NCBI GenBank assembly: GCA_017654855.1
Contig: CM030338.1
Coordinates: 3,224,001 to 3,288,000, forward strand
From: Podospora anserina
Taxonomy: Eukaryota
Direction: 5' to 3'
Length of the DNA stretch: 64,000 nucleotides
Shown here: piece after piece, positions 37,906-49,023 of the stretch
Numbering within the stretch: position 1 is the stretch's first letter
How the letters are laid out: each line of letters begins with the position of its first letter
The notes under the pieces: model-generated
What the model was told of the DNA's origin: nothing
The model's database searches: none
Seen by the model: only the letters and a program-made list of their open reading frames with translations
Translations under genes and position numbers: made by a program

Positions 37906-38751
37906 TTTGAAGTAATTATTTACATTTAGGTACAACTGAGGGAGGACAAGAATACGAAGGGAGGTCATTCCGGACTAGGAATGTGCTGAGGGGCTCACAG
38001 TCAGATGTTGTACTCTCAGTCATGGGTATACGTACTGGATCGTTTGATTCAAGAATGAAGTTTTTTCTTGATAATTCGAAGACGAGCATGAAGCTGAGGA
38101 TACAAATTCCTTCGATTGTCTCTTGGCAGGACATTTCAACCAAGCTCATGTCAGCTTTTGACCGCTAGGCTGGGCTGGAGCTCCCAAACCGTCTTTGTTC
38201 CAACCGTGGGCTGAAGACTGAAAGCTGACATAAACGGACCATTATGGGCGCTAACAGCCGAGTCAGCCTCATGAAGGCGCTTGCGTCTGGCGTGTTTGTC
38301 TTGTTGCGCCACACGTCTTATTGGTTGTCGCTCACCAACGCCGCTCAGGTGGTTTGAAACTGATCTATCGAGGGAAGCCGTTCTCTCCAGCTCAAGGCGA
38401 GTAAGCTAAGGGCTGTCACAAACTGCGCCATATTAAACAAAATTCATGTCGCTTTCATCTTCGAGCCGATGGTGTCAGGTATTCAGGGAGTGGATTTTAT
38501 GTAAACAGATGTTGAACTGGATGGAAGAAGGCTGGCCATCAAGGTTCACCCCTATCATCACAAACAACCCTAACCCACCATGTTTTCCTTCATCGATGGG
38601 TACCATCAAATGGGCCCCACACAGCTCTGCCCCTCCAAGATTCCACGATACCCCGCCATAATTATGTCCCCCAGGTTTTCAAGGTTCTCATTTCTCACCA
38701 CCACCACCACCACGCGCGCGACCCAGTTTGTCTTTATAAACCATCGCAAAC

Positions 38752-39780
38752 ATGCCTGTATGCCCCCTTACAATAAATTACCAATTAGACCACCTAACCA
38801 ACTCTTACCAGCTAATAATCCTCACCGGCCTCCCCACCTCAGGCAAATCCCACCGAGCCGCCCAGCTACAAACCTACCTCGCCGAGCGCATCGCCTCCTC
38901 CAACCCCCCATCCCCCTACCGCCTCCACCTCATCTCAGACGAAACCCAGTCCGTCTCCCGCACCGTCTACGACCTCGACCCCTCCTCCCTCCCCGCCCAC
39001 GTCCGCAGCGCAAACGCCTCCGAAAAGGACGCCCGCGCCTCCATCTACGCCGCCGTCAAGCGAGTCCTATCCCCAAAAGATATCGTCATCCTCGATGGCA
39101 TGAATTACATCAAGGGGTGGCGGTATCAGCTCCATTGTGAAGCAAAAAACCTCGCTACACCGTCGGTGATATTACAGATAGGATGCCCTGTCGACAAGGC
39201 GAGGGAGATTAATGAGGAGAGGTTACGGACTGAGGGTGGGGTGGAAGGTTACTCAACTGGGAACTGGGACAATCTGGTGTTTCGGTATGAGGAGCCGAAT
39301 CCCATGACGAGGTGGGACTCGCCGTTGTTTACGGTTATTTGGGATGATGATGAGGAGCAGGCGAGGAGGGTGTACGAGCAGATATGGGATAGTGTTGCTG
39401 GGGAGGGGGCCAAGAAGAAGGTTAGACCCAATAAGAGTACCGTGCAGAGGGATAAGGATCCCGGGGGGGATTATTTGTATGTGTTGGAGAAGGAGACGCA
39501 GGATATTGTGAAGAGAATATTGGAGAAGCAAAATGAGGCGGGGGAGGGGGGGACGGTGAGGTTGCCGAAGGTGAATGGGGGGGATGATGGGGGCGAGGAG
39601 TTGGTGTTGGAGTTGCCCGGGAGGAAGCTGGGGTTGGCGCAGTTGCAGAGGTATAGGAGGGCGTTTGTGGGGTTGAATAGGGGTGGGATTGGACTGGAGG
39701 AGGTCGGGAAGTTGGCGGCGGGGAGGTTGAGGGAGAGTTTTGTGGGGTATCTGAATGATGCTTTTGAGAAGGATGGGTGA
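38752..39780 (+). CDS. KTI12: Elongator-associated protein Kti12 (P-loop); intron 38758-38811
   Basis: Spliced MP|LIILTGLPTSGKS, IVILDGMNYIKGWRYQLHCEAK and NLVFRYEEPNPMTRWDSPLF. Confidence 0.93.
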   Translation: MPVCPLTINYQLDHLTNSYQLIILTGLPTSGKSHRAAQLQTYLAERIASSNPPSPYRLHLISDETQSVSRTVYDLDPSSLPAHVRSANASEKDARASIYAAVKRVLSPKDIVILDGMNYIKGWRYQLHCEAKNLATPSVILQIGCPVDKAREINEERLRTEGGVEGYSTGNWDNLVFRYEEPNPMTRWDSPLFTVIWDDDEEQARRVYEQIWDSVAGEGAKKKVRPNKSTVQRDKDPGGDYLYVLEKETQDIVKRILEKQNEAGEGGTVRLPKVNGGDDGGEELVLELPGRKLGLAQLQRYRRAFVGLNRGGIGLEEVGKLAAGRLRESFVGYLNDAFEKDG

Positions 39781-40571
39781 GGTGAGACGCGAGGTCATGG
39801 TGGTGTGTCGAGTTGACCTGCGTGGCCGACAGTGTGTGTTTCGCTTGTTCAATCCGAAAATAAACGATCAAACAACCAGTTCGGTATTGCAGCCGCGCGC
39901 ACAGCAATCGATCAAGACGAAGGGCTGTGATGGGACCTGGAGACCTGCTTTGTCCACAGTACAAGTTTCTTTCACCGAGCTTTCTGAAGGCTTTTGGCCC
40001 CCCCCATATTCAGCCTTTGACCACAGTATGAGCATTATCCAGATTTGCTGTCCCGACAGTCTGGTACTAGCCGCCGTCGACACGCATCAAACATTGGATG
40101 GTGCCATGGAGGTGGGACTAGTACCCATCTGGGCGGTTGTTGGTTTTACTTCCCGGGCTCTGATTGGCTGGATCCATTCACGACATCTCCATTTATTGTG
40201 TAACCTCTCCTGTTATCATGTCTCAACATGGCCGATGGGCAAGCGCGGTCATATTCAATGAGATTATTTTTGGGGTTGAGTCCACAGTCAGGTGGTGGGC
40301 CACAAGCAGGGAGGTCGATGTAGTGGCGATCAGGCTGGGGGTTGGGTAGAGTCGGCCACCACTCGCTTGAGGAGCTGTCCAAGTAAGCAAGGAGACGAAA
40401 AGTATACAAACCACGTTGTTTGCCGCGCTATGGAGTCATCATCATCATCAGCACCATCTTCTCTTGTCTCTTTCCTACCTAACCTATCAATAATAGGTAA
40501 CTCGAGCATACTGTGTATGCCCTCTCTGTCATAATCACCAACATAGTATCTCTTTTCAGAAGAACCTAAAC

Positions 40572-41408
40572 ATGCCCACCAAAACCTCCCAACACGCCTT
40601 CGCCGGCTCGGAACGCTGGGTCGTCCCCCGCTACTCCTCCAAACCAGGCACCCTCATCCGACTCGGGTCTGTCCTCACCGACCCAGAAGACTTGGAATCC
40701 TCCCTCAACCTCGACAGCATCCCCCCCATCCCCCCCCACCTCCTCCGCGACGCCACCCCAGAGGTGCGAATGTCTGTCCAGACTGAGCTCAGCAAATCAG
40801 ACTCCACCCTTGCCAAAGCCGCCCCCGCACTGGAGGGCATCCTCACCCTCGGCGGCGGGGTGGAAGCCTCCCGCTCCCAGGGGGTGAGCTCGTCTCTTAA
40901 CATCTCGGGAACTGTCAAGGCGACTGTTTTTCGGGCGGATAAATCTTACATGGATGTGCTGCTTAAGGATAAAAATGTGATTTCTTATGCGAAGAGGGGG
41001 TTGGGAAAGCCGATGTTTGTTGTTGTTGGGGTGGCTACTGCTGGGAGGGTGGAGATGAAAGAGACGAGGCATGTGACGAGGAAGGCTGGGGTGAGTGGGA
41101 AGGTGGGGGTGGAGGTGATTGGGGAGGGGGAGGTAGGGTTGGAGAGGGAGAGGAGCGATAAGAGTTGTAATGAGGTGAGGGGGGAGGGCGGGTTGGATTT
41201 TGCTTATAGGGTGAGGGAGTTTGGTTACTCGAGGGTGAGGGGGACGGTGAAGGATAAGGGGGATTGGACGGGGAAGGTCCTCTTCGCTGGGGGAAAGGGG
41301 CCGGTGGTGGAGAAGGGGGGTGAGGTGGTGCCGGTGTTTAAGGAGTTTAAGGAGGGCGAGGTTAAACTGAGGGCGACGGGGAGTTTTGATGTTGCTGCCA
41401 AGGCGTGA
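40572..41408 (+). CDS. het-Q1: Fungal gasdermin (RCD-1 family), HET-Q1-type pore-forming cell-death protein, 278 aa
   Basis: Fungal gasdermin motifs [22 protein letters not shown] and DFAYRVREF, plus two alternating-polarity beta-hairpin stretches. The 278-aa length and Phe at position 238 (KVLF|AG) agree with my recollection of P. anserina HET-Q1. Confidence 0.9.
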   Translation: MPTKTSQHAFAGSERWVVPRYSSKPGTLIRLGSVLTDPEDLESSLNLDSIPPIPPHLLRDATPEVRMSVQTELSKSDSTLAKAAPALEGILTLGGGVEASRSQGVSSSLNISGTVKATVFRADKSYMDVLLKDKNVISYAKRGLGKPMFVVVGVATAGRVEMKETRHVTRKAGVSGKVGVEVIGEGEVGLERERSDKSCNEVRGEGGLDFAYRVREFGYSRVRGTVKDKGDWTGKVLFAGGKGPVVEKGGEVVPVFKEFKEGEVKLRATGSFDVAAKA

Positions 41409-41683
41409 GGAAGGTTATAATCGATGTGTGATGGTAGTGGTGACGGGTTGGATGACGGCTTAATTTCTTGTGCTTTGAGGAGTACGGTGTTTTGGATATG
41501 TAGCTGGAATACATGATGGTTCGAATTACAATCACTGGAGGATTCTGTCAACCAAGAGTCCAAGTTGATGTTCGGTAAATTCTTCACAAAGTAATCAGCG
41601 CCTTGGAATTCATCCCATCTACCTCCTTTTACATTCATTTGTTCATTACATAACAGCTACCATCCCGATTTCCATTGTGAAAA

Positions 41684-43486
41684 TTAAAGCATATACTTGA
41701 AATCGGGGTTCAGATCCTATCCATGATTGTCAGTATACCGTCTCGTCGATCAACGGTGTTTACGAGAGCAACTCACCCCAAGCTCCGCCTTTTCCTGCTC
41801 CGTCATGCCCTCAGGGAGAGTCTGGTTCGCCTTCTTCCTGTTTTCAGCCATGATGGATACCGCGTAAATGATACACGACAGAGCGCTCAGGCAGATGAAG
41901 GACACGCAGATGATGTACCCCTTTCTGAAGTCGCCTCCAACAAACGAGTATGTAGCGATGATGCCGCCAATGTTGCCGAAACCTATCCCATGTTCAGTCT
42001 CTTGTTTCCAAATGCAATATCCCAGGAAAACTCACCAATCTGCCACGCACTCCCCACAGCCCTCCGGTGATGCCCACCCAAGTTCATATTAAACCAACAA
42101 ACCTGAATCGGCATCGCCGAGTACATGCCCATGCAAATCAGCACCAAAGCCGCATACTGCACCGGCAAATTATCGTGCACATTCAGCAGAATCGCAAACC
42201 CGCTGATCGAGATACAGATCGGGAGAACCGTGAACAAGAACCTGTGCTTCAGCCAGTCTGACGCCGTGGCGATGACCATGGCGAAGACAAACGCCACTGC
42301 CCAGGGAGGCACAGAGTGAAGCTGGGTCTGGATCTTATCGTAGCCGTAACTCTGGACAATGGTGGGACTGAAGTACGCGTACGAGTAGGCGGGGACAATA
42401 ATGCCAAAGTACATGAAGCCGCCGAGCCAGACCTTGTAGTCGGACATGACCTTGCCGACGTCCTTGAGGGTGATGCTGCGCTCGGCGGCGGAGTGGCCTT
42501 GGTCAGCGTGGAGACGGGCTTTGATGTAGTCTCTTTCGTCGTCGCGGAGCCATTTCTGTTGGTATTGTTAGCTTCCTTTTCCCATCATTTGGATATTTTT
42601 GTTCCGGTGGTTGAAGATTTTCAACCAAAACCCCCTTTCGCCCCCCTGAACAACGGAAAAAAAGAGATCACATACCGCCTCCTCGACAAATCCCGGAAAA
42701 GTAAACAAAAAGATCGCCCCAATCACCACCGTCGCCGCCCCCTCAATCAAGAAAATCCACCTCCACCCCCTATAACCCCTCATATAATCCATACTCCCCA
42801 ACCCGCTCGCCAACAGCCCCCCGAACGCCCCCGCCAAACTCGTGCTCGAGAAAAACAAACTAAACCTCTTCTGTGCCTCCTCTCGTCTGTACCACATCCC
42901 CAGCAAATAAAAACACCCAGGAAACATGCCGCACTCAAACAACCCGAGCAAGAACCTCGTCGTCAAAATCCCGGCGTAGTTCTGCACAAGGCCTTGCATC
43001 ATGGTGATGAACCCGAAGCCGATACAGCACCCGCTGAGCCATATCCTCGGTGAGATTTTCTTCAGGAGGATATTGGAGGGGATTTCAAAGAGGATGTAAG
43101 GGACGAAGAAGATTGTGAGTGCGGTGTTGAATTGTGTTCCCGACAGGCCCAGGTCGGTTTCGAGGCCGAAGGCGCGGGCGTTGGCGATGTTGACGCGGTC
43201 GAGGAAGGCCATGAGGTAGAGGATGATGACGAAGGGGACGAGGTGGAGGTCGATTTTGGTTGTCAGCCTGCGGGGGGTGGTGTGAGAGGGACAGATGACG
43301 GGGGCGGGAGCGGTGGGGGTGATGCCTAGAGAGGAGGAGGAGGAGGAGCCGGTGTGGTGACGGTGAGCGGCCTTTTCTTCATCTTGGTGTGGTGGCCCTG
43401 GTGGAGGGACTGACGAGGTGTTAGTGAGGTTATCGTGAGGAACACGGTGGGTGAGAGGTAAGTGTCACCTTGAGGTTGAGACGCCA
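41684..43486 (-). CDS. MFS transporter, anion:cation symporter (Dal5/Tna1-like), multi-exon
   Basis: KIDLHLVP..LYLMAFLDRVNIANA, FFVPYILFEIPSN, RFLLGLFECGMFPG and GWRWIFLIEG; C-terminal ELG|DLNPDFKYML after a final intron. Confidence 0.9.
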
Positions 43487-46094
43487 TTTTGAACTTTATC
43501 GTCAATGACGATAGAATGAGCACCTCACAGTCGAGTCAAGCGGACTTGATTGAACAGACTAAGTCCTAAACTCCAACCAACGGCGAACCGTTGACTTGCA
43601 CCGACCGAACAGAAACACAAAAAAGGTGACGCAAAAACCAAAACCATGCGAGCAAGCATTCTGTGCGAGGGTCACACACCCGACTTTATATACCACGCCG
43701 ATCTCTCCTCCTCCTCCCAGTACCCGGTCACACACACACACACACACACACGCACATTCCCAAACCCACAACGTTACTCTTAACCTTTTCCCTCCTCCTA
43801 CCTTCGGCGGACTAACCCGAGGTCTTGTCGCCCCCCTTCCTTCCCTGTCAGTCAATGATCGACAGGCGCGCGTGCAAATCCAGAATCTGTCTTGGACCCG
43901 CAACAAACTCCATTTCCCCGGATATTTTTGTTGAACTCCAAACTGCCGCAGGGAAAAGTAAGCTCACTTACATCATCCACCTTCCTGTTTCGTCAACGCT
44001 TTGGGCATGACACATGTGCGGTCTCGCAGCAGCACTTCCTAATATTGACACTGAAAGTGGATATTATCTGACTTGTCTGTTGGGTATTCTTTTCCATGTC
44101 CCCTGGAGAGAGATCTAGATTACGTCTTCATGATCTTCCCTTTCTTGTGCCCCCCCCAATCACCACGTGATTAGCTCCCGTGGATAACCATCTCGATCCT
44201 AATGATGAAACTCATCAGCTCACCTGACCAACTTTGCTCGAGATAAATACTCAATGCATCTATATACCCAAAACAGCATCTTTATACACAACCTTCATCC
44301 AACCCCCCCCCCTCCCCACACCTAGCTCCACCAAATATAACCCACATAGAAATCAAATAGCCTCCCCAATTCCACTCTTCTAATGCCAACACCATTCAAA
44401 CAGCCCTACAGACCAACAAGCCCGGCCCATTTCTTAGTCTCCTCACTAGTTTGGCCGTTCTCGGTCTGGGCTTCACGGACATAACAATTCCGGCATTTTT
44501 TGCTCACCGGCGGTCAACATCGCCGAGCATCGGACGTTGTGGAGAGAGGTTGAAGTGTCACGGGATTCGGCCGGCAGCCGACCTAGCGGCAAGGAAGGTT
44601 TTTGCCATGTGCTCTTGTTCAGTAGAAAAGGTGGCCAGCATCGGTGAGCAACGCGGATCAGTTCCGTCCATATCTGACCGGCGTACTCCGGGTTTTTTTG
44701 TCCAAATATATATATATATATATATAAAATATAAACCCCCAAAAAAATCGCTGTTTTTCTCGCCTCCTCCAAAAACCTCCAACCACTAAACCATGATGAT
44801 GTAATGTAACTCTGCCGAAAAGCTGGGGGGCAAAAGAATCCGATTGTTTAGCACAGCAAGTGTGTACCCCGTAAGCCCATTGCAGAACACTCTCCCCTCA
44901 CGGTGCTACCGAACCGTTGATTACTGAGCCAACAATAATAAACGATTACCTTCATTTCTTCGACATAAACGCAACTTGTCCAACTGCCATCTCATCAAAA
45001 AAAAACATCGTGGCTTGTTCCCACTTTCCTTCAGCAATGCAGGGGTTCCCCGCCCTCTGCCCCTCCCCATTTTCTGACAGGCTTGTTTTTAAGCCCGTTC
45101 CAACTGCGGGGAAAAGAACACTGTCCCCAAAATGCCAAGACGTCATCAGTGTTTGTTTCCCCTCACTTTTATAAACCAGCCGTTGAAGGTCTCATCACAG
45201 ATCAAGAAGAAAAAAGTGTTGATATGAGACTCCATTTGTATTTTACACGTCCCTCTGCCATTCCCTATAGAGCAACCCTCTCATTTGCTATCTTTGTCCA
45301 TTGCTACACACACACACACACACATACACTCACTCCCTCTCCCCACCCACCCAGTTTTATACCCCCCCCCCCCAAACCCCCTTTTAACCCCCCTCTCATA
45401 AAACGAAAAAGACAATTCATCCATCATCATATTCTTTCACCATGATGACAACAACAACAACAACAACAAGAAAAAAATTCGTAAAATATAATCATAAACC
45501 TCTTCAAAAAAAGAAAAAAAACCATGTTCAAAAGGGGTGTGTATGTGTGTTGTCGTGTGTAAAATAAAAATAAAAAAGGGTAAATAACAACAACAACAGC
45601 AACAACAACAACACCAAACAATCATAATAAGCCAACACACTCCTGGGTATCCTGGATCGCAAAACCGTTGCCGCACCAAGACACCTCGCTATCTTCCCAC
45701 CCCCCAATCCCCATCCCCATCCCCGTCAACGAATCCTCCCCCCCACCACACAACACACACAGCTCCACCAAATCTACCACCAAAAGCCAACTGTTTATAC
45801 CACACACACCCCCCGTTCTTCCAACACTTTGTATATAAAACCACCCTCCAATTTTCCCTCTTTACACCACAAATACAACACACACACACACACACACAAA
45901 AAAAAAAAAGTTGTAATAAACAAACAAGAAACCCACCCGGACAAAGACCCAATTCATAAACAATCGTTTGCCGTCATCATCAGAAATGAACCCCATCCCG
46001 ACCAACTAGGTAAGCCGTAACCGAGCCCGTTTGTGTGTGGAGTTGCGCAGATCCCCCGTACCCTTCTTCTCCACCCTTTCTTTAATCATTGTTG

Positions 46095-49023
46095 CTACGT
46101 CTCTTGCGGTTCCGTATTCGTACCCTGCTGTAGTGCCGCCGGCAACGGGGGAACAGCCGGAGGAGGAGCCGGAGCGGGGACGCCGCCGCTGCCAGCCACG
46201 TTGTTACCCTCCTCCTCTGCCCGCTTAAGATCCAGACTCTTCCCTCTCGAAGACGACAAAAGGCTGGAACCAATCGAAACCGTCCTCTCGCCACCAGGCG
46301 GTGACTTGGCCCTGCGCTGCTCGACATTCTCCTTGTGCTCACGGTACTTGTTCTTGATCCAGCTCGAGATCTTATCTTTACCACCACTTCCGCCGCCTTC
46401 GCCTGAAGACACTTCGCCGCTGGCAATGGCCCGATCGAGGGAGTCGCCCGTCATGCTCTGCCTCCCCTTGTAGCCCGAGCTTCCAATCGACGTGGTGCTG
46501 GTTTCGGCGTTGGAATGCGTTCCGAGCAGCCGGGGAGAGGATAGCGGGGGGTAAGACGGGCCCGTGTCCTCCTTTTTCCGTGACAGACGCCATCTCTTCT
46601 TTTGGCTCTTTTCTCCCGACTCAGGACTGGTCACTTCTGACGTCACAGCCGTCAGCTCATCTACCTGGTCCATGTCCGAGCTCTCGTTAAACGAGCTGTT
46701 CAGCGACGTCGGCGGGGACTTTTTCGATTTCAAGGTGTTTTCTGCATCGTTGGGCGTCAAAAGAGTGTGGTGTTGAGTTTCTGCATCGGCAACCGTAGGC
46801 TGAGGCGCTGGAGGTGCTGGCGCCTGTGGCGTCGTGTCAGATGCTGTTTCCGACTTTGGCTCAGCTGGAGCATCTCCGGGAATGGCAAGCTTGGACCCAG
46901 AAGAGATTGTCTCCAGAGGATTGGGTGTTTCGGTGTTTGGTGACGCGGCTGCAGAGTGCGACAGTGATGCTTGTGAGCTGTGTGCGCTGGGGTTGGCGCT
47001 ACCTGGCATCCTTTTCTTCCTCAGCTTGTTTGGCTTTCCACCTTCACCGTCGCTTGTGGCAATCCGTTGGAACAAAATTGGCAGCTTCCGTTCCTTGGAT
47101 GGTGTCGTGACTTCAGGAACAGGGGAGATGGGCTCGAGCAACTTCTCCTGACCTGGCACAGCCAGGTTTGGTAGCGGGACGGCTCGATGTTCGGGTCGTG
47201 GCCCGCTTGGTGCCGTGGTTTCCGGTACCGGTACCGGTACCGGCGCTGGCGGTAATTGCGTGTTTGCTTCCGTCTCTTCCGGCGTAGCAACTTCTTCTAG
47301 CACTGCTGGGGGAGGTATGACTGCGGTGGTAGGAGGAGCCATTGGCGTCAGTGGACTGACAACTGCCTCCCCGCGATTACCAAACCTGCCAGCCTGTAGT
47401 GCTGGGGACTTCTTTGATGGGACAGTGTTGCTCCTGTTGAGTCCACCGGTCGGGGTGGTGGCAACAGCTGGGCTCGCAGGACTCGGGGCGCCGTTGGAGG
47501 CCATGGAACGTCTTGAAGAGGTCGACTTGTTCCTACGAATCGACCCATTCTTTCGGACGCTCTCGGCTCCGGCGCTCGCGGTCGAAGCAGACCGATGAAC
47601 CCCAGACTTCCTGTTGGGAGTATGCGGAGGCTTGGGGTTCTGCACTTGCTGAGCCGTCTTCTCGTCCAATCCTGTGCCTTGCATGCCAATGAGGAAATGA
47701 TCCTGGTTTTCGATGAGGAAAATGATGACGAGTTGGTTCAGCCGGTACTCTTCAGGCGCCATCGCATGGTGAGGATGAGAAAGCATGCCAGGTTGAAAGA
47801 TGGCAGCCAGATTCTGCGAATTCATCCTGTTCTGGTCCGACTTGGCCGCAAAGACCGCAAGCAAATCCAGGATGTACAGCAGAAGCTGGCGGTTGAGGGG
47901 CGGTAATTCCGTAATGAGCTGTTGGTACCTCCTGATGGCGGCGTCCATATCGAACGTCTCGACGAATTGCGGCCCTTCGGCCTCACCGGCGCCCGGCCTC
48001 GTGGCCCCTCTCAGAGGTTCCCGGAATTTCTCGTAAAGATCCAGGGGCACAACCGGCTCGGGGAGATCGTTCAGGTATCGGCGAAGCACGTTGGCGGCGT
48101 CGTGAACCGTGTAGCCGTCCCAGACGAGACCTTTGCCGTACCTATCGGGCGAGTCAAAGATGTTCTTGAGCTCCTTGATTCGCTTCTCAGACCCGCTGAG
48201 GCGAAAGATGCCCTCAATTTCAGTGGCTTCAACGTCATGTTAGTTCTCACACCCAGTCACAAAAGCCCGGCTTTCTTCCATCCCGATTACAGTACACAAC
48301 GGGACACGCACCTCTCTCCTTCAAGAAAATACCACATTTTGCTACCACGATCGGCACATAACCATAGATGTAGCTCTTGCCGTCCTCGTCGACGAGCGAG
48401 ATGGCGACGTTGGCATACGTAATGCTCTGCCGGAGGGGAACACCAAAGATGCCTTGGGGACGGGCTTGGTCTGCGACTATTAGTTTCGGTCCGGCTCGGC
48501 ACAACGGTTTTGGGCACGATCCTCTCGCGAATCTCCTGAGGCGCCAGGTTAGGACGCGGGCGATGGCATCCAACTTGGGCACCTCTGGTCGCTTCGGTCT
48601 TTCGGGTAGCGGCGGGCTCATGTTTGCACTTGCTGAATGAGCTGCTCGCCTCTCTTCTTCTAGCACAATGTTCTGGAGCAGGACTGCGGCGGACGGAAGT
48701 TCTTTATACAATCCCTCCATGTCCTCCGCAAATATGGGTCTCCTTCCGGGCTGTTTGGATCTGGTGTTACAGGACGGGGTGGACAAGGTTGCGTTACCAT
48801 TTGCTTCCTGGTGCTTGGAAGGGAGTTTGAAACCTTTCCACCAAGACTTGAGATCACGCTTGCTGGGCGGAGAAACAGCAGATGACAGCTGGGTGGGAGC
48901 CGCGGGGGTGGAGGGCGTATGCTGGTGGTGGTGCTGATGTTGATGATGATGCTGGGAGGGCTGCTGCTGCTGCTGCTGGGAAGCAACAGGCGGGTGTGGT
49001 GCTGGTAGTGCGGCGGACGTCAT
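46095..49023 (-). CDS. Rho GTPase-activating protein (Sac7/Bag7-like); introns 48471-48797 and 48227-48311
   Basis: GIFGVPL...YGYVPIVVAKCG, arginine finger EGIFRLSGS, LRRYLNDLPEP and NRMNSQNLAAIFQPG. Confidence 0.9.

Noticed and set aside
38758-38811. Apparent peptide insertions in the Kti12 (and Sec63, 53846-53896) ORF translations
   Set aside because: Ordinary short in-frame introns with canonical donor, branch and acceptor.
40087-40128. Minus-strand MGTSPTSMAP upstream of the gasdermin, as a possible remnant of an S8 protease catalytic-Ser motif
   Set aside because: It does not fit GTSx[AS]xP, is followed by a stop, and no Asp or His motifs (DTG, HGT) are nearby; likely chance.
45400-45960. 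A/C-rich low-complexity tract
   Set aside because: Lies in the RhoGAP 3' region and consists of simple repeats with no higher-order structure seen.
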